The notes under the pieces: model-generated
The model's database searches: none
Told to the model about the DNA's origin: nothing
Seen by the model: the letters and a program-made list of their open reading frames with translations, nothing else
Source: a virus
Taxonomy: Duplodnaviria; Heunggongvirae; Uroviricota; Caudoviricetes
IMG/VR virus record: IMGVR_UViG_2563366803_000006
Length of the DNA stretch: 20,368 nucleotides
Direction: 5' to 3' (one strand)
Part shown: positions 1-8,519 of the stretch, piece by piece
Layout: every line of letters begins with the position of its first letter
Numbering within the stretch: the first letter of the stretch is position 1
Program-made: the position numbers and the translations under genes

Positions 1-930
1 CTATGATAACCGCGCATTCAACATGGCTATCTGTTCGTCGTTCATGTCATCAATCCACATACCGTAAATTTCATACACCATCTGCGCAGTTTCATGCCCC
101 ATTTGGCTGGCTATAAATGCCGGGTTCGCTCCTGCCGTCAACAGCCAGCAGGCAAAAGTATGCCGCGTATGGTACGGATTACGGCGGCGAATACCAGCAC
201 GTTTTACTGCTGCATTCCACCTTGCCCCCAAACTGCTTACCGAGTAATAAGGTTTTTGTTTTCCGTTACACACCCTGGGCATGAAAACAAAATGCAGTTT
301 TTGCTTTTCGGTTCTGCCGTACTCCCGATGATAAAAGGTGATTTCGCTTTTGCGATGATGCCCGGTCAGTTTGTATTGCTCCTTCAGTGCTTCAAGAGCA
401 GGCTGCAGTAGTGTTACTGTCCGGATCCCGGCATTTGTTTTTGGGGGACCGAACATATCAAGTATCGTCAGGTTTCTTCTGACATTCACTATTCCCTTTT
501 CGAGATCCACATCCTCCCACGCCAGAGCTGCCAGTTCCCCGTGACGAAGTCCTGAGTAAACTGCAAATTTCCACATGTTCTGGCTCTGTCCTTTTTCACT
601 TTCCATTAATGCATTGAATTCTGTTTTAGATAACGGATCAGGCTTTATTCTGTTTCGCTGTAATTTTTTTACTCCTTCAAATGGTTTGGTTGATATAAAT
701 CCCGACTGATACGCAAAACGTAACAGCGAACAGAGCAGGGCGATATAGTTATCAACTGTGCGCACGGTTCTTCCTTTTTTGTTGGATCTTGGATTATCCA
801 GGTAAAGCGTTTCTCCATGCAGCAGTTCATTCCGGTAGTTTAAGATATCGCTATAACGAATATGTGATATCAGGGTACTTTCACAAATTATTATTCTGAG
901 TGTTTTTAATTGTGATTTCGTTTTCTTCAT
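1..930 (-). CDS. Phage-type tyrosine recombinase (integrase); catalytic domain intact, 5' end probably truncated by IS1
   Basis: 309-codon minus-strand ORF ending with TAG at 3..1. Translation carries catalytic-domain signatures (LRHGE Arg box, HTRHT His-x-x-Arg box, VYEIYG Tyr region). Frame stays open upstream of the Met at 930 as far as the IS1 end at 965. Confidence 0.85.
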   Translation of the reverse strand: MKKTKSQLKTLRIIICESTLISHIRYSDILNYRNELLHGETLYLDNPRSNKKGRTVRTVDNYIALLCSLLRFAYQSGFISTKPFEGVKKLQRNRIKPDPLSKTEFNALMESEKGQSQNMWKFAVYSGLRHGELAALAWEDVDLEKGIVNVRRNLTILDMFGPPKTNAGIRTVTLLQPALEALKEQYKLTGHHRKSEITFYHREYGRTEKQKLHFVFMPRVCNGKQKPYYSVSSLGARWNAAVKRAGIRRRNPYHTRHTFACWLLTAGANPAFIASQMGHETAQMVYEIYGMWIDDMNDEQIAMLNARLS

Positions 931-1020
931 TGTGTTTGTTGTTAACTCTGTCTCTTTAATTTTTGGGTGATGCTGCCAACTTACTGATTTAGTGTATGAT
1001 GGTGTTTTTGAGGTGCTCCA

Positions 1021-1296
1021 GTGGCTTCTGTTTCTATCAGCTGTCCCTCCTGTTCAGCTACTGACGGGGTGGTGCGTAACGGCAAAAGCACCGCCGGACA
1101 TCAGCGCTATCTCTGCTCTCACTGCCGTAAAACATGGCAACTGCAGTTCACTTACACCGCTTCTCAACCCGGTACGCACCAGAAAATCATTGATATGGCC
1201 ATGAATGGCGTTGGATGCCGGGCAACTGCCCGCATTATGGGCGTTGGCCTCAACACGATTTTACGTCACTTAAAAAACTCAGGCCGCAGTCGGTAA
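1021..1296 (+). CDS. insA: IS1 InsA (transposition inhibitor / DNA-binding N-terminal part of transposase)
   Basis: 91-aa [25 protein letters not shown]... with zinc-finger-like CxxC..CxxC and HTH region, GTG start, typical of IS1 InsA. Confidence 0.95.
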
Positions 1297-1718
1297 CCTC
1301 GCGCATACAGCCGGGCAGTGACGTCATCGTCTGCGCGGAAATGGACGAACAGTGGGGCTATGTCGGGGCTAAATCGCGCCAGCGCTGGCTGTTTTACGCG
1401 TATGACAGGCTCCGGAAGACGGTTGTTGCGCACGTATTCGGTGAACGCACTATGGCGACGCTGGGGCGTCTTATGAGCCTGCTGTCACCCTTTGACGTGG
1501 TGATATGGATGACGGATGGCTGGCCGCTGTATGAATCCCGCCTGAAGGGAAAGCTGCACGTAATCAGCAAGCGATATACGCAGCGAATTGAGCGGCATAA
1601 CCTGAATCTGAGGCAGCACCTGGCACGGCTGGGACGGAAGTCGCTGTCGTTTTCAAAATCGGTGGAGCTGCATGACAAAGTCATCGGGCATTATCTGAAC
1701 ATAAAACACTATCAATAA
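1215..1718 (+). CDS. insB: IS1 InsB frame (expressed as InsAB' transposase by -1 frameshift)
   Basis: 167-codon ORF in the -1 frame relative to insA, overlapping the insA 3' end; A6C slippery motif at 1272-1278. Confidence 0.9.
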
Positions 1719-1780
1719 GTTGGAGTCATTACCGCAAAGCTGTATCGCGAGGCGAATCAAGCGCAATTAAACTTTAATAG

Positions 1781-1810
1781 AACCCGCCATCAAGCGGGTT
1801 TTGTTGTTAT
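1781..1810 (+). terminator. Candidate intrinsic terminator just right of IS1 copy 1
   Basis: Hairpin AACCCGC-CATCAA-GCGGGTT (1781-1800) followed by a T-rich tract TTGTTGTTATT. Confidence 0.4.
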
Positions 1811-1841
1811 TGTGGTGTGATATAAGAAACGACATTTAATA

Positions 1842-1975
1842 TTGCCTTCAAAATAAATTTGTTTATATATTGTCGCGTATATTATAAGTGAAGGTGAAAT
1901 GTTCACATAAAATAAAAATACATAAATAAATTTACATAGCTTGACGCAAAGTGTTGTTGCGATTGGAATATTAAA
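1842..1975 (+). promoter_or_regulatory. AT-rich promoter-like region upstream of the tRNA genes
   Basis: Candidate -35/-10 pairs: TTGCCT (1842-1847) with TATATA 16 nt downstream; TTGACG (1941-1946) with TGGAAT/TATTAA downstream. No single promoter can be fixed by eye. Confidence 0.3.
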
Positions 1976-2047
1976 TCGTATCATCGAAAACGGTTCTGAG
2001 GGGGAACTCTTCTTTGCTCGGTGATATCGCTCCCCTGAAGAACCAAT

Positions 2048-2123
<76 letters not shown>

Positions 2124-2126
2124 TAT

Positions 2127-2201
<75 letters not shown>

Positions 2202-2563
2202 GCATTTAAAACAAGCCTTATTGTATTACGGCACTGGCGTATTTTTTTATTACGTGGGAGCAGGTTGTTTTGAAAAAGCATTCTGTTCTCTGGCTATGAT
2301 TTGAGGCCGGGTGTAGCCTCAGTGCTAATTTTTTACGGCAGCAGAATGGTGCATTATCGGTGGAGATTTTGTATTTCCTGGCAGGGTCGGTGATGCATCA
2401 TTTTGGTGTTGTAAAAGCACCACAGAGGCGCTCCTCAGTGCGAGGGTGGTTTAAAGAGTCGGTTTAGCGGGAAACCACAGTATCCATGCAGCACGGAATA
2501 CTTCGGGAGGCACCCGACGCCTCGGTTTAATAACAATTAAAAAATTCATCCCTTGCATTGACC

Positions 2564-2589
2564 AACCGCCATATCTGGCGGTTTTTTTT
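2564..2589 (+). terminator. Strong rho-independent terminator (candidate tR'-like late terminator or tRNA operon terminator)
   Basis: Perfect hairpin CCGCCA-TATC-TGGCGG (2566-2581) followed immediately by eight T residues (2582-2589). Confidence 0.7.
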
Positions 2590-2977
2590 ATTCCTTTCTC
2601 AGGACAAAAAAAGACACGAGCATACAGGAATACTCGTGGGACAACGTCCTTTAGATAGCAATTTGCGAGAGGGTGAAAAGTAGCGCGGTCGTCGGATTAA
2701 GACCGCGGGACAAAGTCCATGAAGAATAATAAGTATTGGCCCCTTCTGGGGACATGTTCATACTACTAAGCTTCAGAAGTGGTTTAAATCATCAAATTAA
2801 CCTTAATTTTCGATAAGTCTTATTTCATTTCTTTGCGCCACACCTGGCGCGCATCAAATAACGCCACGCAAAGGGCATCTGCGGATGCCGGTGCTTTTGA
2901 CGGGGTGTTTTTTACGGGCCGCTGGTGGCCATTTTTTGTTTCCATTACACAGCGCCCGCATCTGCGAGGTGGGGGTT

Positions 2978-3193
2978 ATGAAATCCATGGATAAGTTAAC
3001 AACAGGTGTCGCCTATGGCACCTCCGCAGGCAGTGCTGGCTACTGGTTTTTACAGTTGCTCGATAGAGTCACGCCCTCACAGTGGGCAGCAATAGGTGTG
3101 CTGGGTAGTCTGGTGTTTGGCCTGTTGACGTATCTGACAAATCTTTATTTCAAGATTAAAGAAGATAAGCGTAAGGCTGCACGGGGAGAGTAA
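2978..3193 (+). CDS. Class II holin (pinholin, phage 21 S-like) with dual-start motif
   Basis: 71-aa product [26 protein letters not shown]... with two TM segments and charged C-terminus. Met1-Lys2-Ser3-Met4 dual start. Strong SD GAGGTGGGGG directly upstream of ATG 2978. Recalled similarity to phage 21 S. Confidence 0.85.
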   Translation: MKSMDKLTTGVAYGTSAGSAGYWFLQLLDRVTPSQWAAIGVLGSLVFGLLTYLTNLYFKIKEDKRKAARGE

Positions 3194-3197
3194 TTCA

Positions 3198-3542
3198 ATG
3201 ACTCAAAACTATGAACTGATTGTGAAAGGGATCCGCAATTTTGAGAATAAAGTTACGGTAACTTTAGCGTTACGGGACAAAAAACGCTTTGACGGTGAAA
3301 TTTTAGACCTGGACATCTCGCTGGACCGTGTTGAAGGTGCCGCGCTGGAGTTTTATGAGGCAGCAGCCAGAAGGAGCATCAGACAGGTCTTCCTGGATGT
3401 TGCTGCCGGGTTATGTGAAGGGGATGAGCAGTCACCGGAAAAGCGCCCCATAATTTTAGAGGCGCAGGGTGTGTGGATAACCTACAAAGGAAAACTGCCG
3501 GGAAGAATTACTGGTTCACTGAAGACTCCGCCGAAATGGTAA
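3198..3542 (+). CDS. Hypothetical protein inserted between holin and endolysin
   Basis: 114-codon ORF starting 5 nt after the holin stop, with a G-rich SD-like tract upstream. Soluble-looking, no recognised motif. Position matches that of unknown-function genes found between S and R in some lambdoid prophages. Confidence 0.6.
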   Translation: MTQNYELIVKGIRNFENKVTVTLALRDKKRFDGEILDLDISLDRVEGAALEFYEAAARRSIRQVFLDVAAGLCEGDEQSPEKRPIILEAQGVWITYKGKLPGRITGSLKTPPKW

Positions 3543-3600
3543 TTTCACCAGCATATTTTTCTTCCAGTAATACCGCCAGCCACTTGAAAGAATTTTGTTG

Positions 3601-3780
3601 TTACTGGGACCATTTGGGGTTGAGTGATTCAAGCTGGAGCGATGCCAGTGTTGGTTGCATTTGTTCCTTGGGAATTGAGAATGCCAGATATGAAAATGCG
3701 ACAGTAAGGGCATTTACATCATCCCGAAGCTTGGAAATGCAGTCGAGCAACTCCTGTAGAGAAATGGTGCTATTGTCCAT
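3601..3780 (-). CDS. Small hypothetical protein (59 aa), convergent with the upstream unknown gene
   Basis: ATG at 3780-3778 preceded by GAGAGGA SD-like sequence at good spacing; product MDNSTISLQELLDCISKLRDDVNAL... looks helical. Not recognisable from sequence alone. Confidence 0.4.
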   Translation of the reverse strand: MDNSTISLQELLDCISKLRDDVNALTVAFSYLAFSIPKEQMQPTLASLQLESLNPKWSQ

Positions 3781-3885
3781 AAACAATCCTCTCTATTGTA
3801 TTTAACTATTCCTTGCCTGATTCAACAGGCCGGGACAGATAAACATATCCAGGGTTCAGAAACCGATAAATCCTGATAAATATCC

Positions 3886-4383
3886 ATGAACGCAAAAATC
3901 AGATACGGCCTGTCGGCTGCCGTTCTGGCACTGATTGCCGTCGGTGCGCCTGCGCCTGATATTCTCGACCAGTTTCTGGATGAAAAAGAAGGTAACCACA
4001 CAACGGCATACCGCGATGGTTCCGGTATATGGACCATCTGTCGTGGTGCCACAATGGTGGATGGTAAGCCCGTCATACCGGGAATGAGGCTGTCGAAGGA
4101 AAAATGCGACCAGGTTAACGCTATTGAACGTGATAAGGCGCTGGCATGGGTGGAGCGCAATATTAAAGTACCACTGACCGAACCACAGAAAGCGGGTATA
4201 GCGTCATTTTGTCCCTATAACATTGGCCCCGGTAAGTGTTTCCCGTCGACGTTTTATAAGCGGCTGAATGCCGGTGATCGTAAGGGTGCATGCGAGGCGA
4301 TTCGCTGGTGGATAAAAGATGGTGGGCGCGATTGCCGCATACGTTCAAATAACTGCTATGGACAGGTTATTCGTCGTGACTAG
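3886..4383 (+). CDS. SAR endolysin (T4-lysozyme-type muramidase with N-terminal signal-anchor-release domain)
   Basis: 165 aa. N-terminal weakly hydrophobic Ala/Gly-rich segment ([17 protein letters not shown]), then E-x8-D-x5-T catalytic spacing ([16 protein letters not shown]). Sits downstream of a pinholin. Confidence 0.85.
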   Translation: MNAKIRYGLSAAVLALIAVGAPAPDILDQFLDEKEGNHTTAYRDGSGIWTICRGATMVDGKPVIPGMRLSKEKCDQVNAIERDKALAWVERNIKVPLTEPQKAGIASFCPYNIGPGKCFPSTFYKRLNAGDRKGACEAIRWWIKDGGRDCRIRSNNCYGQVIRRD

Positions 4384-4415
4384 GAAAGCGCATTAGCCTG
4401 TTGGGGGATAGATCA

Positions 4416-4880
4416 GTGAGCAGAGTCGCCGCGATTATTTATGCTCTGGTTATCTGCATCATCGTCTGCCTGTCATGGGCTGTTAATCATTACCGTGATA
4501 ACGCCACCGCCTACAAAGAGCAGCGCGACAAAAATGCCAGAGAACTGAAGCTGGCGAACGCGGCAATTACTGACATGCAGATGCGTCAGCGTGATGTTGC
4601 TGCGCTCGATGCAAAATACACGAAGGAGTTAGCTGATGCGAAAGCTGAAAATGATGCTCTGCGTGATGATGTTGCCGCTGGTCGTCGTCGGTTGCACATC
4701 AAAGCAGTCTGTCAGTCAGTGCGTGAAGCCACCACCGCCTCCGGCGTGGATAATGCAGCCTCCCCCCGACTGGCAGACACCGCTGAACGGGATTATTTCA
4801 CCCTCCGGGAACGACTGGTAATGATGCAGGCCCAACTTGAAGGTGCTCAGCAATACATAACCGAACAGTGTTTAAAGTAA
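4416..4880 (+). CDS. Rz: Rz i-spanin
   Basis: 154 aa from GTG 4416 (SD-like GGGGGA upstream): [30 protein letters not shown]... with N-terminal TM helix and coiled-coil periplasmic domain. Near-identical to lambda Rz as I recall it. Confidence 0.9.
   Translation: MSRVAAIIYALVICIIVCLSWAVNHYRDNATAYKEQRDKNARELKLANAAITDMQMRQRDVAALDAKYTKELADAKAENDALRDDVAAGRRRLHIKAVCQSVREATTASGVDNAASPRLADTAERDYFTLRERLVMMQAQLEGAQQYITEQCLK
4636..4821 (+). CDS. Rz1: Rz1 o-spanin lipoprotein, embedded in the +1 frame of Rz
   Basis: 61 aa [24 protein letters not shown]... with lipobox (VVGC) and proline-rich mature region; lies entirely within Rz. Confidence 0.85.
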   Translation: MRKLKMMLCVMMLPLVVVGCTSKQSVSQCVKPPPPPAWIMQPPPDWQTPLNGIISPSGNDW

Positions 4881-5017
4881 AATCTTAACTACAATATGAT
4901 TCATTTTGATGATTGTTTCATAAGGAACAGTGAAGTAAGATCTAAGAGGAGTTAAATTTTATACAGTATAATCATAATATTGCAGCAAGGTGGTTATAAT
5001 TGAAAGAATATTTAGAT

Positions 5018-6475
5018 ATGAATACATCTCATGTAAGAGTTGTTACTCATATGTGTGGGTTCCTGGTTTGGCTCTATAGTCTTTCAATGTTGCCACCAAT
5101 GGTTGTAGCATTGTTTTATAAAGAAAAAAGCCTGTTCGTTTTCTTTATAACTTTCGTTATATTTTTTTGTATTGGTGGCGGAGCGTGGTATACAACTAAG
5201 AAATCTGGCATTCAATTACGTACCCGTGATGGGTTTATTATAATTGTAATGTTTTGGATTTTGTTTTCTGTTATTAGTGCATTCCCTTTATGGATTGACT
5301 CAGAACTTAATTTAACGTTCATTGATGCTCTGTTTGAAGGGGTTTCTGGAATAACAACAACAGGAGCAACTGTAATTGATGATGTTAGTTCATTACCTCG
5401 GGCATATTTGTACTATCGGTCACAGTTAAATTTTATAGGTGGTTTAGGAGTTATTGTTCTGGCGGTTGCTGTATTGCCATTATTGGGTATTGGTGGTGCA
5501 AAGCTTTATCAGTCAGAAATGCCGGGGCCATTTAAGGATGACAAACTCACTCCCCGCCTGGCCGATACGTCACGGACACTGTGGATAACTTATTCTTTAT
5601 TAGGTATTGCTTGTATTGTCTGTTATAGACTTGCAGGAATGCCTTTGTTTGATGCTATTTGTCACGGGATTTCCACAGTTTCGCTTGGTGGTTTCTCAAC
5701 TCATAGCGAGAGTATCGGATATTTTAATAACTATTTGGTTGAGCTGGTGGCTGGTTCTTTTTCCCTGCTATCGGCTTTCAACTTCACTCTTTGGTATATT
5801 GTTATTAGCAGGAAAACGATAAAACCTTTAATCAGAGATATTGAACTTCGTTTCTTTCTGTTAATAGCCTTAGGGGTGATCATTGTTACCTCTTTCCAGG
5901 TCTGGCATATAGGTATGTATGACTTGCATGGAAGTTTTATTCATTCGTTTTTTCTTGCCAGCTCCATGCTCACTGATAATGGTTTAGCTACGCAGGATTA
6001 TGCAAGCTGGCCCACGCACACGATAGTGTTTTTGCTGTTGTCAAGTTTCTTTGGGGGATGTATAGGTTCAACTTGTGGTGGAATTAAGTCACTTCGATTT
6101 CTTATACTTTTCAAACAAAGCAAACACGAGATAAATCAGCTTTCTCATCCCAGAGCGTTGTTGAGTGTAAATGTAGGAGGGAAGATAGTTACAGATCGTG
6201 TAATGAGGTCTGTATGGAGTTTCTTTTTTCTTTATACTCTCTTCACGGTGTTTTTTATACTGGTGTTAAATGGTATGGGATATGATTTTCTTACATCATT
6301 TGCAACAGTGGCTGCATGTATTAATAATATGGGATTAGGTTTTGGGGCTACTGCATCGTCATTCGGAGTGCTTAATGACATTGCAAAATATTTAATGTGC
6401 ATAGCTATGATTCTTGGTCGCCTTGAAATTTATCCTGTTATTATATTGTTTTCAGGTTTTTTTTGGCGCTCCTAA
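5018..6475 (+). CDS. trkG: TrkG/TrkH-family K+ uptake membrane protein (prophage-borne trkG)
   Basis: 485 aa from ATG 5018; multi-pass membrane protein with TrkH-type motifs (GITTTGATV, GIGGAKLYQSEMPGP, GSTCGGIK). Markedly AT-rich coding sequence. Alternative TTG start at 5000 has a better SD (AAGGTGG). Confidence 0.9.
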   Translation: MNTSHVRVVTHMCGFLVWLYSLSMLPPMVVALFYKEKSLFVFFITFVIFFCIGGGAWYTTKKSGIQLRTRDGFIIIVMFWILFSVISAFPLWIDSELNLTFIDALFEGVSGITTTGATVIDDVSSLPRAYLYYRSQLNFIGGLGVIVLAVAVLPLLGIGGAKLYQSEMPGPFKDDKLTPRLADTSRTLWITYSLLGIACIVCYRLAGMPLFDAICHGISTVSLGGFSTHSESIGYFNNYLVELVAGSFSLLSAFNFTLWYIVISRKTIKPLIRDIELRFFLLIALGVIIVTSFQVWHIGMYDLHGSFIHSFFLASSMLTDNGLATQDYASWPTHTIVFLLLSSFFGGCIGSTCGGIKSLRFLILFKQSKHEINQLSHPRALLSVNVGGKIVTDRVMRSVWSFFFLYTLFTVFFILVLNGMGYDFLTSFATVAACINNMGLGFGATASSFGVLNDIAKYLMCIAMILGRLEIYPVIILFSGFFWRS

Positions 6476-6561
6476 TATATGGCTGATTTATAATTGTGAG
6501 TTTAATATTATGTTGACTCACTCATTGATCCAATACTTAACTTTACCAGCAACACCTCCGC

Positions 6562-6597
6562 CCCCAGTAGCACTGGCTGCTGGGGTGCGTTTTATTC
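6562..6597 (+). terminator. Candidate terminator after trkG
   Basis: Inverted repeat CCCCAG (6562-6567) / CTGGGG (6580-6585) with a 12-nt loop, followed by GCGTTTTATT. Confidence 0.3.
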
Positions 6598-6612
6598 ATA
6601 AAGCAAGGATGT

Positions 6613-7404
6613 ATGAGCGAGAAATTAAAGATAGTCTATCGCCCATTACAAGAATTGTCACCGTATGCGCACAACGCCAGGACGCACAGCCCTGAGCAGG
6701 TGGCACAACTGGTAGAAAGTATTAAGCAATTCGGCTGGACTAATCCGGTGCTGATTGACGAAAAGGGCGAAATTATTGCGGGTCACGGTCGTGTTATGGC
6801 GGCTGAAATGCTCAAAATGGATTCTGTTCCGGTCATTGTTCTGTCTGGCCTGACGGATGAGCAGAAAAAGGCGTACCGCCTGGCAGATAATCGCCTGCCG
6901 ATGAATGCTGGCTGGGATGAAGATCTGTTGCGGATGGAGCTGTCGGACCTAATCAATGCTGATTTTGATGTCTCCCTGACAGGCTTCATCCCGACAGAAA
7001 TTGATGAACTGTTGACGGATGTTTTGCCCGGTACAGGAAATGAGGAGGAGCCGTATACGACGAAAATTGATACGCCTGTTTATGAGCCGTCGGGCGGTAA
7101 ACCGGATATCAGTGAACTGTACGACGATACGAAAACGCAGGAGCTGATCAGCCGGATACGTTCGGCTTCCCTTGAGCCTGATATTGAGAAATTCCTCCTG
7201 TGTGCGGCAGAACGTCACACGGTGTTTAATTTCAGCAGAATTGCGGACTATTACGCTCACGCCCCCGCTGAAATTCAGTGTTTTTTCGAGGAGTCGGCGC
7301 TGGTGATCATTGATTATCAGCAGGCTATTGAAAATGGATTTGTCCGGATGACGCAGCGCATGGTGGAGATCATGCATGGTGGTGAGGAGGAGGAATATGC
7401 GTGA
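6613..7404 (+). CDS. ParB-like nuclease (ParB/sulfiredoxin N-terminal) domain protein
   Basis: 263 aa. N-terminal region with ParB-box-like GHGR motif (GEIIAGHGRVMAAEM), acidic C-terminus. SD AAGGA upstream of ATG 6613. Confidence 0.75.
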   Translation: MSEKLKIVYRPLQELSPYAHNARTHSPEQVAQLVESIKQFGWTNPVLIDEKGEIIAGHGRVMAAEMLKMDSVPVIVLSGLTDEQKKAYRLADNRLPMNAGWDEDLLRMELSDLINADFDVSLTGFIPTEIDELLTDVLPGTGNEEEPYTTKIDTPVYEPSGGKPDISELYDDTKTQELISRIRSASLEPDIEKFLLCAAERHTVFNFSRIADYYAHAPAEIQCFFEESALVIIDYQQAIENGFVRMTQRMVEIMHGGEEEEYA

Positions 7405-8329
7405 TGATTTTTGCGCCTTTATTCTGACTCACGGGCGACCGGACAAAGTTCTGACTTACCGGACGTTGCGTCGTGCTGGCTATACCGGGAAAATTTTTAT
7501 CGTTGTTGATGATGAAGATAAGACACGGCATCAGTACATGGCTGAATTTGGTGAACAGGTGCTGGTGTTTTCCAAAACCGATATCGCCAGTCGTTTTGAC
7601 GAAGCCGATAATTTCTGTGACCGCCGCTCAATTTTTTACGCCCGTAATGCCTGTTTCGACCTGGCAAAACTGGTCGGGTGTAAATACTTCATTCAGCTCG
7701 ATGATGATTATCACGAGTTCCAGTTTCGGGTGGATCGCAACTATGACCAGGCCTATTTTCCGATAAGGAAACTGGATGCGATCCTTTCTGAAATGCTGGC
7801 GTACTACGAATCAATACCTGCTCTTTCCATCGCTATGTCGCAGGGCGGGGATTTTCTTGGTGACAATGGCGGCCATGCTTCGTGGGTGAAACGCAAGGCA
7901 ATGAACAGCTTTATCTGTTCGGTTGATCGACCGTTCTCATTCATGGGGCGCATTAACGAGGATGTGAATACGTACACGAATCTCGGTCGCTGTGGTGAAT
8001 TGTTTATGACGATCGGTGCTGTCCAGTTAGGGCAGAAACAGACGCAGAAAAACAGCGGCGGAATGACCGAGCTGTATCTGGATTCCGGAACCTACGTTAA
8101 AAGTTTTTACTCCGTCATGTATGCGCCGTCGTGCGTAAAAATTTCACTGATGGGTGCCAGCCATAAACGCATTCACCATCAGGTCACCTGGAACAACGCT
8201 GCAGTAAAAATCCTTCACGAAAAATACAGGAAGAAGACACCCTGCATATCAATGGGGGTGACAAATGATTCCGTATTCGAAAGTCGAGTCTCTGGCAGCG
8301 TGCCGGATGACTGCACAACAAATCGCTGA
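7397..8329 (+). CDS. Hypothetical protein with GT-A-like nucleotide-sugar transferase signature (DxD-type)
   Basis: ATG 7397 preceded by strong SD GAGGAGGAGGAA and overlapping the ParB-like stop (translational coupling). Alternating beta-strand/acidic pattern (FILTHGRPD, IFIVVDDEDK, YFIQLDDDYHEF). Function inferred only from this pattern. Confidence 0.6.
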   Translation: MRDDFCAFILTHGRPDKVLTYRTLRRAGYTGKIFIVVDDEDKTRHQYMAEFGEQVLVFSKTDIASRFDEADNFCDRRSIFYARNACFDLAKLVGCKYFIQLDDDYHEFQFRVDRNYDQAYFPIRKLDAILSEMLAYYESIPALSIAMSQGGDFLGDNGGHASWVKRKAMNSFICSVDRPFSFMGRINEDVNTYTNLGRCGELFMTIGAVQLGQKQTQKNSGGMTELYLDSGTYVKSFYSVMYAPSCVKISLMGASHKRIHHQVTWNNAAVKILHEKYRKKTPCISMGVTNDSVFESRVSGSVPDDCTTNR

Positions 8330-8516
8330 CGTTCTGGATGTTGATCTGAACCGACTGAAAGAAAATCGGGAAGCAATGACAGATTTTTATGCGGCCATCC
8401 GTAAGGGCAGAGCGAAAGGTGAAGCCGAGTTACGAGCGGCATTGTTTAAGCTTGCCAGAAAAGGGGATGCCTTTGCTCTGCGCGAACTACTCAGGGTGGA
8501 TAAAAATCAGGACTAA
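8307..8516 (+). CDS. Small putative DNA-binding (HTH-like) protein upstream of terS
   Basis: 69 aa MTAQQIADVLDVDLNRLKENRE... helical and basic; start overlaps the upstream gene; stop is 3 nt before the terS ATG and in the same frame. Confidence 0.5.
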   Translation: MTAQQIADVLDVDLNRLKENREAMTDFYAAIRKGRAKGEAELRAALFKLARKGDAFALRELLRVDKNQD

Positions 8517-8519
8517 CTG

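Larger units (their letters stand above)
966..1733 (+). mobile_element. IS1: IS1 insertion sequence, copy 1 (768 bp)
   Basis: Exactly 768 bp. Terminal inverted repeats GGTGATGCTGCCAACTTACTGAT (966-988) and ATCAATAAGTTGGAGTCATTACC (1711-1733). Encodes InsA and InsB frames with the A6C frameshift motif at 1272-1278. Confidence 0.97.

Noticed and set aside
94-411. 105-codon plus-strand ORF inside the integrase gene
   Set aside because: Lies antisense within a well-supported integrase CDS; no SD or independent motif.
1394-1684. 96-codon minus-strand ORF inside IS1 insB (also at 19364-19654 in copy 2)
   Set aside because: Antisense frame within the IS1 transposase gene; IS1 is not known to encode a protein on this strand.
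1790-1984. 64-codon minus-strand ORF in the AT-rich region upstream of the tRNAs
   Set aside because: Low-complexity, AT-driven frame overlapping promoter-like sequence; no SD.
2885-2977. Upstream extension of the holin ORF (track start 2885)
   Set aside because: Extension has no SD and spans hairpin structures; the true start is the MKSM dual-start at 2978 with a strong SD.
3473-3805. 110-codon plus-strand ORF and 65-codon minus-strand ORF (3516-3713) between holin and endolysin
   Set aside because: Alternative frames overlapping the better-supported 3601-3780 minus-strand ORF; no SD. The whole interval remains uncertain.
3822-4348. Minus-strand ORFs (3822-4160, 4163-4348) antisense to the endolysin gene
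   Set aside because: Antisense frames inside a confidently called CDS.
6783-7377. Minus-strand ORFs (6783-6989, 6949-7377) inside the ParB-like gene
   Set aside because: Antisense to a CDS with a recognisable domain; no independent support.
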